From assembly GCF_009914755.1 (NCBI RefSeq), contig NC_060932.1: DNA of 64,000 nt; one strand, given 5' to 3'. Of this stretch, positions 35,626-53,435 are shown piece after piece; position 1 is the stretch's first letter, and each line of letters opens with the position of its first letter. A program made the translations under genes and the position numbers. The notes under the pieces were generated by a model. The model ran no database searches. It saw only the letters and a list, made by a program, of their open reading frames with translations, and was not told the origin of the DNA. This DNA comes from the human T2T-CHM13v2.0 reference genome, Homo sapiens.

Positions 35626-37421
35626 ATGGGAAATGTTTCTAGTAAATTGGGAGCGAAGAAAGATGCAAGTGATCAGATTCCCCCTAATAATCCTTTAGGG
35701 TTTATGTTAAAGATTGGTAAGATAATGAAACAACTAAATTCAAAAAGAAGCAGTAGATGATTAAGTATTGTTGCTTCATTTGAACTAAAGAGCCAATCCT
35801 CCAGCCAGCAGTTGTTTGGCCAAAATTTGGGTCAGATGAAGATTGAGTCTGTCAACTTTTAAAAATGTATGTTAATGACAAGCCTGTAATTGAAGGACTT
35901 ATTAAAGATGGGCTGCTCGAACCTTGTATGTCCCCATCCAATACTCCAATTTTCCTGCATCACAAGAAGAAATAGATTGATTATGCTCTATGCTGGTGGC
36001 AAGGGCCTGTTCTTCTTTACCCTCTGAAAACAGGTGAAGGGGGACAGGAGAACAAGGAAGAGTCAGAGATTGCCTCATCTGATAAGAAATGGGACCCTCT
36101 AGACCACCTTCCCCCATTTCTTAATAACCCACTGCCACCTCCCCAGGCAGCTGCTGCTGCCCTGTACCCCCTTCCGGACCCGATCCCAGACCTGACTGCT
36201 GCTCCAGGCCCTTCCATGTTATTTCCTCCCACCATATAACCCAGATTCTTGGGAATTCCAGGAATCTGGGCATTCTAAATATCCTTCCTTAAAGAAAGGA
36301 CTTCAGCAGGAGATAGAGCAATGTAAAAAGGATATTCAGAATCTTCCCTTTCCTCCCCTACTAAGAGGTCAACTTCAACGTTCTTTCCTTTAAGGGAAGT
36401 TCCTCAGTGAGGGGGACATTGACTTTGTAAATGCTCCCCTAACTGGGTCTGAGGTCCGAAGTCTGAAAAAGGAACTCAAGCTACTGTTAGATGATCCTTA
36501 TGAGATGTCAGATCAAATTGATCACTTTTTAGGCCCTCAGTTATATACTTGGGCTGAATTAATTTCCATCCTGGATATCCTCTTTTCAGGGGAAGAAAGA
36601 AATATGATCCACAGAGCCGCTATGGCAATTTGGGAATGTGAACATCCTCCAGGTCAAAATATTCTGGCAGCAGATTACAAATTCCCTGCTCAGGAACCGC
36701 AGTAGGATAAAAATAATGCCACCCACTGAGATAATATGAAAGATTTAAGGGAAATAATAATCAAGGGGATTCAGCAATCAGCACCCTGAACCCAAAATCT
36801 TTCCAAGGCATTTAACATACAACAAGAAAAGGATGAAGGACCTATGAGATTCTTGGACTAAGAGAACAGATGAGAAAATATGCAGATTTAGACCAAGAAA
36901 GCCCCCTTGGGCAAGGAATGTTAAAACTGCACTTTGTTACTAAGAGTTGGCCAGACATTGCTAAGAAGTTACAAAAATTAGAGAACTGGAAGAATAAGTC
37001 AATAGAGGAGTTGTTAGGAGAAGCTCAGAAGGTATATTTGAGGAGAGATGAGGAAAGACAAAGGCAGAAAGTGAAAATCTTTTGGCAGAATTCACCAGGA
37101 CAGATGATGTAGGGGGCTAAGTCTAGACCCACACCTGTAGGATTTTCTAGAGGAGGCAAGAGGAGAAATTTTGGTAATTCAGGAATGCAGAGAGAATGAA
37201 GGCAAGGTCAGTATTTTAGAGGAGAAGGTAAAAGTAAGTGCCATAGGGGCTGTGGATATGAAAATAAAGAGAAGAAGAAAAGGGGCCCTGGGCTTGGAAG
37301 ACAGGGAGGGCAAGACAGATGTTACAGATGTGGGAGGCCAGGTCATTTTAAGAACGAATGTCCTGAATTGGAAAAAGCAGAGGAAGCTCTCCCATTTGTG
37401 ACTACTTCTGAAGAAGAATAG
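35626..37421 (+). pseudogene. Defective gammaretrovirus-like gag
   Basis: Starts ATG GGA AAT (MGN, myristoylation type). Capsid-like peptides in ORFs at 36505 and 36870; zinc knuckle CYRCGRPGHFKNEC at 37320-37361; in-frame TAG at 37419. Many internal stops and frameshifts. Confidence 0.9.
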
Positions 37422-38113
37422 AGGGGTCAGGGGCTCTGTCTTTTCTATTTCGAGTCCCACCAAGAGCCCTTGATAAATTTAGAGGTGGGACCCAAACATG
37501 AATTAATCACCTTTTTGATTGACTCAGGAGCTGCTCACTCATCTGTTGGTTTTCCTCCAGCTGATTTAGCTCGTTCCTCAGAGGAATTGACAGTTTCCAG
37601 GGTCAAAGGAGAAGGATTTAAGGCAAAAATTTTAGAAAATATGGAAGTTAAATATCAAGATCAATCGACTTGTATACAATTTTTATTAATTCCTGAAGCA
37701 GGAACCAATTTGTTAGTAAGGGATTTAATGATAAATTAGGTATAGGTTTGCAAGTTGGTCCAAAAGGTTTTCTAACCTCTTTAAATTTGTTAACTGCGAT
37801 AGATGAAAAATACATACATCCAGATGTCTGGTCAAGGAAACTGAGGAAAGCTACGAATTCCTCCAATACATATTTGGTTAAAAACTCCAGGGGAGGTAGT
37901 AAGGAGAAAGCAATACCGTATTCCTTTATAAGGAAGAATAGGGTTAAAGCCTGTAATTGAAGGACTTATTAAAGATGGGCTGCTCAAACCTTGTATGTCC
38001 TCATCCAATACTCCAATTTTACCAGTCAAGTAATCAGACGGGTCATACTGATTAGTGCAAGACCTTAGAGCTATCAATCAGATAGTCTAGACGACTCATC
38101 CTGTTGTACCTAA
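37422..38113 (+). pseudogene. Defective pro and 5' part of pol (RT)
   Basis: FLIDSGA protease motif in frame with gag after the TAG; RT N-terminal peptides NTPILPVK and LVQDLRAINQIV with stops. Confidence 0.9.
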
Positions 38114-38393
38114 TGCTATTTCTAATTGGCTAGAAGGATGGTCCGGTCAATAGAAAGAAACTGTAGCCTCAATTCTTACTTCTATAGCAACTGTAATAGG
38201 CATACTCCTTCTTCTTGGGTGTTGTATTATACCATGCATCTGGGAATTAGTAATAAGATTAACAAAAACAACTCTTACTAAAACCCATCTTAACTCTCCT
38301 CCACCTTATTCAGAAAAAATTCTCCTTTTAGAAATTCAATCAGAGCAATTAAGCCAAGAAATATTAAAACAGTTTGAAGAGGAAAAACTATAA
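38114..38393 (+). pseudogene. 3' remnant of env (TM anchor and cytoplasmic tail)
   Basis: Hydrophobic VASILTSIATVIGILLLLGCCIIPC followed by a tail with PPPY and a stop at 38391. Polypurine tract AAGAGGAGGGAA precedes the 3' LTR. Confidence 0.8.
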
Positions 38394-38412
38394 AAAAATA
38401 AGAGGAGGGAAT

Positions 38413-38994
38413 TGTGAAAAGTAAAAAGTTCCTCTTCAAGCTTACCTTTTTTATTAAGGAATAAATCATAAGTGTTAGAACTAATAGTTTATCTTAAAGA
38501 CTAGCTTTTAACAATAACTCTTCATTAAACCTTACATAGTCATTAAGTGTAAAAGGATAAGCATTTTATATATACATATACTTTAACTACAATATGAGTT
38601 TTGGCTTGCTCAGGCATGTCCCAGGTCACAGCTTATATCCCTTCCTTATTTGGAAATGTTATTGCTTCTATAAGCCTTTATGTAAGCAACTTCCTCTTTT
38701 CCTTTGTTTAGCACTGTCTTTACCTATTTAGGAAAGTTTTAGATTGTTAGCCAATTGGGCTAAGCTTAGACTGTGAGGTCCAGCTCCAGCCAGTGGAGGT
38801 AGGACAAAGCAATAGGGACTTCACCCATAAGGGATAAATATTCCTGTGTCTCTTTGTTCAGTGTGCTCTCGTGGCAGGATTGCTGATGGGCAGCACCCTT
38901 TCTGCAGAAAGTAAAATTGTCTTGCTGAGAAAACTTTTTGTCTGAATGCTGATTCTTCTTTGTAGCACCAAGGAATAAGCATTCCTTTCCAACA
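38413..38994 (+). mobile_element. 3' LTR of the provirus
   Basis: TGTGAAAA...TTTCCAACA; direct repeat of the 5' LTR, roughly 90% identical by eye apart from indels. Confidence 0.92.
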
Positions 38995-40936
38995 GAAATG
39001 ATGTGTCTTTTTGTATGCTTATGAATTGACTGAGGGCTGGCAGCCCCTTGGTCACTTCAGTAGGGGAGTTGGTCACCTGAAAAACCAAGACAAGATTAGA
39101 GGGTTGAGACTTTCAGTCCCACTCCAACCCACAGGGTTGGGGAGAGAGGCTGAAGGTTAAGTTGATCACTAATGGCTGATGCTTTAATTAATCATGACTA
39201 TGTAATGAGGCCTCCATAAAAACCTAAGAGGACAGAGTTCAGAGAGTTTCTGAATAGCAGAACCTCTGGGGTTTCCTTGAGGGTGGTTTGTCAGAGAGGG
39301 CATGGAAGCATCATGCCCCTTCCCACACGCCTTGCCCATGCTTCTCTTCTTCTGTATCCTTTGTGATATACTTTATAATAAACTTGTAAGCATTTCCCTG
39401 AGTTCTATGTGCAGCTCTAACAAATTAATTGAACCCAAGGAGGAGATTATGGGAGCCCCAATTTATAATTGATTGATCAGAAGCACAGATAAAACAACCT
39501 GGGCTTTGGATTGGCATTGGAAGTAGGGGGAAGTCTTCTGAAACTGAACCCTCAACCTGTGGGATCTGACTCTACCTCTAGGTAGATAGTGTCAGAATTG
39601 AATTGAATTTGGTAGCAACCAGCTGGTGTTTGCTGCAGAATTGATTGCTTGCATGGTGTTGGGGTGGACAACTAACAAGATCTGAGGTCACAGAAGTATT
39701 TTGTATTGTGACAGTATAGGAGGAACTGAATTTGTTTTTCCCATACATTCACAGAACCATATTGTGTTTATTCATTCGTCTGTTAATGGATACTTAAGTT
39801 GCTTCTACATTTTGGCTACTGTGAATAATACTGCTATGAACACAGGTAAGCAAATATCTGTTAGAGACCCTGTTTTCAGTTCTTTGAAATATATACCACA
39901 AAGTGGAATTGTTGGCTCATTTGGTGATTCTATTTCTAATTTTTTGAGGAACTGCCTTACTGTTTTCCATAGCAGCTGCACCATTTTGTATTCCCACTGA
40001 CAGTGCACAAGGGTTCCAATTTCTCCACATGTGTCTTCAAAACTTGTTTTGTTTTTGTTTTTTATAGTACCCATCCTAATGGGATGAGTTGTTGTCTCAT
40101 TGTGCTTTTGATTTGTGTTTTCCAAATGATTAAAGATGTTGAGTATCTTTTTATGTGCTTACTGGCCCTTGTGGGTTTTTGTTTTGTTTTGTTTTTTGAC
40201 AAATTTAAGTTCTTTGACCAGTTTTTAATTGGATTGTTTGGTTTCTTGTTGTTGAGTTTTAAGTGTTGTTTGTTTATTTTGGATATTAACCGCTTATCAG
40301 ATGTAGGATTTGAAATATATTCTCCCAATCCATGTGTTGCCTTTTCACTCTATTGATTATGTCCTTTGATGCACAACATGTTTTTATTCCCATGTAGTCC
40401 AGTTTATCTATTTTTGCTTTTGTTGTCTTTGCTTTTGTTGTCATATCCAAGAAATCATTGCCAAATCCAATGTCATTAAGTTTTTTTCTTTTTGTTTTCC
40501 ACGAGGAATTTTATAGTTTTAGGTCTTAAGTTTAGGTCTCTTACCCATTTTTAGATAATTTTTGTATACAATATTAGGCAAGGGTCCACTTTCATTTTTT
40601 TGCATGTGGATATTCACTTTTACCAGCACCATTCGTTGAAAAGACTGTCATTTCCACGTTGAATGGTCTTGGCACTCCTGTTGAAAATCATTTGACCGTA
40701 TACATGAGGGTTTGTTTCTGGACGTTCTAGTCTATTACATTAGTCTATATGTCTATATGCTAGTACTCCACTTTTTAAATTACTGTAGTTTTGTATCAGT
40801 TTTGAAATCAGGAAGTGTGAGACCTCCAACTTTGTTCTTTTTCTAGATTGTTTTGGCTATTAGGATATGTTGAGGTTTTATATGAATTTTAGGATGTATC
40901 TTTTATTTCTGCAAAAAATGCCACTGAGAACCTCTA

Positions 40937-44775
<3,839 letters not shown>

Positions 44776-44949
44776 GTACAAAATCTTTATTCAAAGAAAA
44801 ACTCAAGATATAAAACAAACATACAGGTATACCAAATATAGTGTGTATACCTAGAAGTGAGATATTGGGAAAGTGGCAAATTAGAGTAGAGGTAGAGATG
44901 AAGGGAAAAACTAAAATAATGCAGACCAATGTAAAAATGTGTCATTAAT

Positions 44950-45420
44950 TAGGCATATGGTCATCTCACTTCTCTGCACTTAAGAACTAACAGGAAGAGA
45001 AACTGTGAGTCATGGAGAAATAGAGGACTTACTTGAGAGAGATGAGTATGGTGACTAAGAAGATGAATAAAAGTGATGAATGCTTGGAACAGCTGATTTG
45101 GGTCAAGTACAAGCATTACCAGGGAGCCCTGAGAGGTAGTATGAATTAACTGTGGCCCCAACCTGCATAGTTGTGGACTTTTTCCTGGAGAAGCACTGGG
45201 CTGCCTGGTACAGGAATGAGGATGGAAAATGCTTGGGGATATCCAGAATGGGGAGGTCAACTGAGTCTGAAGACAGAGAGCTGGACCTGTTGAGATGCAG
45301 ATAAGAGAGTGAAGAATTGATCAGGGAGTGTGGAGAGAACCTGTGATGGTGTCTGCTCCTTATTGGGCAAAAGGCTGCCCCAGCGTGAAGAATGGGGAAG
45401 TAGCTCATCCTAAGAGCTTT
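44950..45420 (-). mobile_element. L2-like fragment
   Basis: Reverse complement resembles the recalled L2 internal consensus (…gaaaaagtccacaact…cacagttaattcat…). Confidence 0.55.
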
Positions 45421-46161
45421 GGTCCAAATAACCTCTCAAGCTAGAAGGGTAGAAATGAAGTCTAGTATAAAATACACTGAAGCTGGTTCAACAAAGTGAA
45501 TTTGAAATATTCACCAAATCAAGAAAATTAGGGTCTGAGAATTCTGAAAGCAAGGTCACCAAAACCATTAGTCTAGAAACACAAAGATTCTGGTCAGGCA
45601 CAGGTGATCTTGGTGGGATTTCAATAGGATTCGATCAAGCCCAGAACTGCAGTGACTCCCAAGTGGGTAACAACTCACTAGTGTTTTTGTTTAACCAAAC
45701 ACCAGAGGTAGATGTGTGCTGGGGGATGAGGAGATGGTGTGAAGGGAGAAAGGAAAGTTCTAGGAGGCTAAGGGTACTCATGGGAGATTCTTTTTTGCAA
45801 GGGGAAGGCAGGCTGATGTAATAAAATAGGTTGTTCTCTTTCTAGATCTTTATATACTGAAAGCGAAGTGATAGAGCTAAGCAACCTGATTAGCTGAGGA
45901 ATATGTCACCTCCTGGATCTGGGGCTATACTATAAATTATCTAGTTCTTGAACACACAAATTCAAAATGAGGTCTGGTCAATGGACAAATCAACTCTTTC
46001 TCATGATTTTAGAATAATGCATGTCCTCAAAGCATCATTCTATTTATCTTTCCTTGCAGATCTTTTAAATGTTGTAGTAAGAGTAGAGACATCAAAGTAG
46101 GGTGAACCTCTAGACTATCTGAAGATTTCTGCTTCTGTCGATAGCAAAAAGAATTACTCAG

Positions 46162-46559
46162 TCATATGGTTTGGATCTGTGTCCCCACCTAAATCTCATG
46201 TTGAATTATAATCCCGAATATTGGAGATGGGGTCTGGTGGGAGGTGATTCGACCATGGGAGCGAATTTCCCCCTTTGGTGCTGTTCTCATGATAGGGTTC
46301 TCATGAGATATGGTTGTTCAAAAGAGTGTGTGGCACCTCCCTCACTCTCTTCCTCCTACTCTTGCCATGTGAAGTGCTGACTCCCCATTTGCCTTCTGCC
46401 ATGTTTTTAAATTTCATGAGGCCTACCCAGAAGCCCACCATACGCCAACATCTTGCTTCCTGCACAGCCTGTGGAACCATGAGGCAATTAAACCTCTTTT
46501 CTTTATACATTACCCAGTCCCAGGTATTTCTTTATAGCAATAGAGAACTAACTAATACA
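46162..46559 (+). mobile_element. MST-type MaLR solo LTR
   Basis: tcatatggtttggatctgtgtcccc...ctaataca with a perfect 5-bp TSD CTCAG (46157-46161, 46560-46564). Confidence 0.92.
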
Positions 46560-46603
46560 CTCAGTATACTGGAGACTGCAGAAGTCCTCTGTTTGCCTGT
46601 TTA

Positions 46604-46688
46604 TCCATCCATTGATCTATTCATCCATCCATCCATGCACCCATCCATCCATCCATCCATCCATCCATCCATCCATCCATCCATCCAT
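46604..46688. repeat. (CATC)n microsatellite, followed by a MIR (~46690-46920, minus strand)
   Basis: Direct reading; MIR text cacattttatagatgggaagctgaaacagagag. Confidence 0.9.
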
Positions 46689-47585
46689 TTAACGAGCACT
46701 TTCTATGTACATGGTGCTGTTTTGAGCAGTTTATAAATAATAACTCATTGAATCTTTCTAATAACTGCATGAGGTATGTATTGTCATTATCCACATTTTA
46801 TAGATGGGAAGCTGAAACAGAGAGAGATTAAGGGCCTTTTCCAAAACACACAGCCAGTAAGCATTGAGTCAGGACCCGAACCCAGGCCGTGAAGCACCAG
46901 TGTTCATGCTCTTAACCACCACATCATTGGCCATCCTTGGTGACTCTGAAATCCGTCTAGGAAGTTATTCAACTGCTAGCATCATTGTTCTTCCCAGTAG
47001 CTCCTGAGGGCCCTGGGATACTGTGCTTGCCTATAGGCAAGGCAGCTGGTAGGAGAGGCCCTTTTGTGGAATGCAGTTACTCTCTTGTTAGTTCCCACTT
47101 TTTCTCTTTTCATCTCCTTTTCTTCCCATCTGCTCCTCTTGTGTGAACAGATGTGAGTTTCCTCCTTGACTTTCCAGGCCATGAGTTGGAACACGTTGTT
47201 CTTAGGTGATCATTTTAGAGATGAAAGTGTAGTGTACAGGGGTGATGGAGCCAAGCTATGAGTTCTTCATCACTCTCTTACCTGCTCATCAGCAGCTCCA
47301 TCTCCCTGTCTGCAGCCTCAGCTGAAACCTCCGCACCTGGATACCCCCAAACATCTGCCATCCTCACTCCTGCACCAGGCAGCCCAGCACTTCTTTGGAA
47401 AAGTCCACAACTGTGTAGGCTGGGGCCACAAATAAAAGACTTGCTTTTCTGAAATCTGAATTGTCATCTTTAAAAAAATGTTTCTATCTCTCATGCTAAA
47501 GTATATCTGTATATAATCAGGGTACACTTCCATCTGACCAATTTAAGAATTTTTATCCTTGACTGAAACCAACTAGTAACCGAAA

Positions 47586-47619
47586 TGTGTGTGTGTGTGC
47601 ATGTATGTGTGTTTGTGTG

Positions 47620-47652
<33 letters not shown>
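47586..47652. repeat. Imperfect (TG)n microsatellite
   Basis: Direct reading. Confidence 0.95.
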
Positions 47653-47655
<3 letters not shown>

Positions 47656-48001
47656 TTTCCTATCTTTTAATGTAACTATGAGTTTATCCTGTGTTAAATG
47701 GTTTCTACTGAATATGAAGTTAAAACAAAGGGCTTTTAAACTTGTAGAGCTCCAGAAGAGTCACTAGTGCATTAACTGAAAATGCAAATTAACAGGCCTG
47801 CACCATGGGGACCACAGAGGTCATCTGACCAAAGATGAAACTGATTTCCTATATTTATGCATCCTAATAAATCAGCGGGTGGAAAACATGCCCCCAGAGA
47901 AGATTGGCCCTATCAGTTTTTTCAGCTGGCATTTAGGCATTTGCAAAATAGCTCCCTTAGCATCTTCATCAAAAAGCTCCAACGATAAAAATAATAGAAA
48001 C

Positions 48002-48345
<344 letters not shown>

Positions 48346-48453
48346 CTAGCTTAGTTATCTGCCTTTCTCCTCCTATCTTCTGGATAAAAAAGCATTTAAA
48401 AACTACAAGATTTGTGAAAATTCAGAATATTTTAGAACAGGTGTATTTTGTAC

Positions 48454-48490
48454 TAATGGCAAAAACCACAATTACTTTTGCACCAACCTA
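48454..48490. mobile_element. Half MADE1 (Hsmar1 MITE) terminal inverted repeat
   Basis: TAATGGCAAAAACCACAATTACTTTTGCACCAACCTA matches one MADE1 arm. Confidence 0.88.
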
Positions 48491-49369
48491 GTAGATATGA
48501 GAAAGTTTCAGCTATTGAATCTGGTATTCTTGATGGTTATCAGTTGCTCTGTGTTCCTGCCTTTTGCAAGTTTTGCTGGGCAAGTGTAATTCTTTCTTAA
48601 AGGAAACATTTATTCTCCCAGATGCCACTGTGGCCTCAAAACAGAGGCAGATAAACTTAATCAAGAACTGTTTAATAATGACTCTGTGTTCCAGCACGTC
48701 TCAACTGTGACACAGCTCCTCAAACCATTTATAATTTTGGAACGGTTACAAGCCTATTTCACATCAAACAATTAGAAAAATGTAACCAGGATTATAACCA
48801 AATTCTCAGTGATGTGATTCAGACTCAGTGCAGTGTCAGTTACAGAAGGATGAGAAGGGTCAGAGAAGACTGAAATAGTTTGGGAGGAATTTGTAGGTAA
48901 GTGAAACTGATGCTGGGTTTTGAGGATGGAGATGGTTTGAAAGGGAGAGAGGAGCATTTCCTCTGAGCCACAGTTAGGAGAAGAGAAGGAGCACTTTGGT
49001 GCTTTGGAGACAATCAGAGGACAAAGACGAGCCTGCTTGGAACAGAGGATTTAGGAGGGGAAATAGCAGTATGTTAACCAAAATGATGATACTTTGTTTT
49101 CTAAACCAGAAGCCTAGGAATGTGTTGGAATGTGTACAATGGAATGAATAGACTATGGGGAATATTTGAAATTGAGATTGTCAAAGAAAATTTGAGATGT
49201 GTGTTTCTGTCACTACAGAGGACCTGAGTCAATCCAACATGGTGGCTAAGCTAGAGAGAATCCTTATGGGAGTGCCAGGTAGGGCTCTTTCAGGATCGTC
49301 CATTTTACAAAGATTTTGAGTCAGGGTGCTTTTACCAAGGTTGCAAATATTCTCTGAAGATGTGAATTG

Positions 49370-49766
<397 letters not shown>

Positions 49767-51652
49767 GATGTGAATTGATCTCTCACTAGAGGAGCTTGAT
49801 AAATATTTCTCTCCTAGGTCTGCAGGTTTGTTCAAGCACAGGGATCTTGTCAGCTCTGTTAACCATTGTATCCCCAACACCTAACAGCGCTTGGCACAGA
49901 GTCGGCTTAATGCTGAAAAGCCTGGGAAAGGTATTCAGGATAGACAAGGAGGAAGATCCACTGCAGGTAACACAGGCATATGATAAGTTAAAAACAGAGT
50001 GTTCTTATCCACCAAGAAAACTCGAATTGCTTAATGATTTTGACTTTAGTAAGTGGCTAAATAGTAGAGAATAAATGAAGAGAAACTTAGTGTATTTTAG
50101 AGCATATTTGAATTGCTTTGAATCATGGAGCCAAATAAGACAATTGGAGATTGAAAGCTGCAGGTCAGAGAGGCAGAGCCGTCTCTGTTTTCCTGTGCTT
50201 TTGCAGGAAGTGCATTTTATAGAAAAGTCAGAGAGGAACTGAGGGGAAACAGAGAGCTCTGAGCTGGTGAATTCACAGCAGCCTGGAGAAGCATTCCGGC
50301 TGCCTCTGAAGCTGGCTCTTCACACCCAAGGGCTGCCCCTTGGGAACCTGAAGTCACTGTCCCAGCTAGTCACAAGGCCGGGGAGGCCTCACTGATGAGG
50401 ACAGCACTACGGGCCTGAGTCTAGAATGGTAAGAGGTTCTCAGTCTTTGAGACAATTATTGGTTGTTTGAGTTTAAAACCAGTCTTTTCCTTTCTTCTTT
50501 GTAATTGAAAAAACATGTATAGACTGTTTAAAAACTTGTTCTTGCTTTCAGAACATTTATTTGATGCTCTAAAACTTTCCTTTAGATCTTCTCCAGATCA
50601 TTACTAAACTTACTAGTGTATTTGACCAATCCCAAGAGCCAGCAGTGTGAATGCCTGCTGGGATTTAGAGAGCCAGTCTGAAACTGCATGCTGGCATATG
50701 TGGGTTTTCAAAGATTCCGCTCCAGTGGCAGAAAGCTCTCGGCCAAATGTATGTGAACCAAACAAAAGTCAGGGGCAGTGAGAATGAAAATCGGCCTCAA
50801 TCACACTTTGAATATTGCTGTCATATGAGGATTTTAACAGCCATGGAAAGTGTGAGATTCACTCTCTGCTGCACACTGGGGCCCCGCATCCGTTAAGGAT
50901 TGTGGGCATTCTGAAAGCTCTCATTCTGAAAGCTTCGGGGGTATTTTTAGATGAGGCTTGTTCCTACGAATGAGGAAGTCTAGCAGATGGCTCTTCCGGC
51001 TGGAGTCTTTTTTTCCAGCTTTCCACCAACATAGTATGGAGACCACTCTGGCAAGACCTCTCTCTAAGGACAATGGAGGGAAAAGCTATTCTCAAAACAC
51101 TGGGCAGCAGCTGCAGGGCTGGGGCTCTGAGGACACCGTGCCACTGGCCTGTACCTTTCACCCTGCCTGCCTGGACTGTATGTAATCAACAGTGGGAGGC
51201 CGAAAGGAAGTTTGAGGTTAAGCACAAGATGTCTTTTATCACACTACGTGAGTGAAGACATCTGTGGAGACTGTACTCTCACTGTAGATGATAAGAATGT
51301 TATTCACCAAACAGACAGAAAAGACTGGAGTATGAGGTTTTTGTCCATGGAAGTATTTTGCAGATGGTTTGCACCAGTTTTGTGAAAGACAGATCAAATT
51401 ATTATTAATGAAGGAAAAGTGCCTTTAAAAAAGGCTAAGTAGTCTTGTTATACCGCATTGAGTACACTCATTGTCTTTTGGCCTCACATCTGATAGAACA
51501 ATCCTTTAGGGCTCAGAAAAGTCATCATTGCAATAGTAAGCCTTTTCCAGGGATTCTTAAGAAGTCTATTTTACACACAGTGTAAAGACCCAAACAACTT
51601 GATTGTAAGTCTGTGCTTTGATGGCAAGCTTCCTGTTCATTTTTTAATTTGA

Positions 51653-52335
<683 letters not shown>

Positions 52336-52489
52336 ACCTGTTGGGTTTTAGCGACCTGGCAGGAAGCTGGATTTCTCAAGCTTTTCCAATAAAGAAGAAG
52401 CAGTTAGATCCCAAAAGCCATGAAAATTCCACTTGTGGCTTAGAAACTAAGATTTACCAAAGTCCACTTTGGGAGGCTCCCTTCCTCCC

Positions 52490-52491
<2 letters not shown>

Positions 52492-52544
<53 letters not shown>
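52492..52544. repeat. Perfect (AC)~26 microsatellite
   Basis: Direct reading. Confidence 0.98.
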
Positions 52545-52548
<4 letters not shown>

Positions 52549-53435
52549 GCGGATAATTTATCCTGTAATCACAGGGATAGACTAATTTTGTCTGCATTCA
52601 CTTGATGAGAGTTTTGACAACAGTGACTTCTGCTATAGTAACTATAGACAGAAGAATTAACTCCCAAGTCTTAAAAGAGTAGTTAGGTCTATGATGCAAC
52701 TGTTTCCAGCCACAGGGGTGCTCTGTGGTGGAACCAACCCTCGTTGAGACTGCCTGTTCCCACTGAGGGGTCTGATGGAAATCCCACTGTGTTATTTTGT
52801 GTGTTGTTTGCCTTCCAGAGGCGCAACAACAGATCAACAGGAGCAGCCACCCCCTGCCTCATTCAGGCCCTGTGATTTGCTTTCTCACTAGAAATTTTCA
52901 TTTTTAGTGTATCAAATATTCCAAGCATGCAGTGAAGTTCAGATAATAATTTAACTGACCTGCAGGTGTTCCCTAAGATTTTTCAAATATTAACATTTTG
53001 CCATTTGCTTTAGATTTTTTAAAAATAAAATGTTACTGCTACTGTGGAAGATCCCTCCCTATCCAATTCCCATTTCAACCTCCCATTGCTACCCAGAGCA
53101 ATCACTGTCTTGAAGTTGATGAGTATCATTTACATTTTATTATGTGCTCCGTAAAACATGTATATATCCTTATATGTTTTTAATCTCTATACAAATGGCA
53201 TCACATTTTACTTGAGCCTTTTGTAAATTACTTTTAATACTCAGCATTTTAAAATATTTCTTCATATTGCTACCCTAAAATCCAGTTCATTTTTTTCTAC
53301 TGCTATAAAGTATCCCACCAAAAGACTATACCACAATGTTTTCATTCCTTTGTGGAAGCACCGTTCAACAGTTTAGAAGGTTATTTGCTATTTGTAACGT
53401 TGTGAACACCTTTCTCCACTTATAAGAGTTTCTCC

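Larger units (their letters stand above)
34234..39753 (+). mobile_element. MER21-type LTR interrupted by a provirus (parts 34234-34313 and ~38999-39753)
   Basis: tgtactattgtgaaatacatatttggtc...cttcaaagt joins to gatgtgtctttttgtatgct...ggctggcagcccc, colinear with the recalled MER21 consensus. Confidence 0.78.
33830..40930 (-). mobile_element. L1M-type element (3' UTR and ORF2 end) split by the MER21/ERV insertion; L1 parts 33830-34233 and ~39755-40930
   Basis: L1 text breaks at ...tccattgcatgtatatacc and resumes accatattgtgtttattcattc. Minus-strand ORFs 39805-40125 and 40062-40328 translate to L1 ORF2 C-terminal-like peptides (GEIGTLVHC.WEYKMVQ.LWKTV). Confidence 0.88.

Noticed and set aside
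35626-38393. Intact or domesticated ERV protein (gag or env)
   Set aside because: Numerous stops and frameshifts; the longest fragments are under 100 aa and most of pol and env is deleted.
48454-48490. miR-548-type MADE1 hairpin
   Set aside because: Only one terminal-repeat arm is present, so no hairpin can form.
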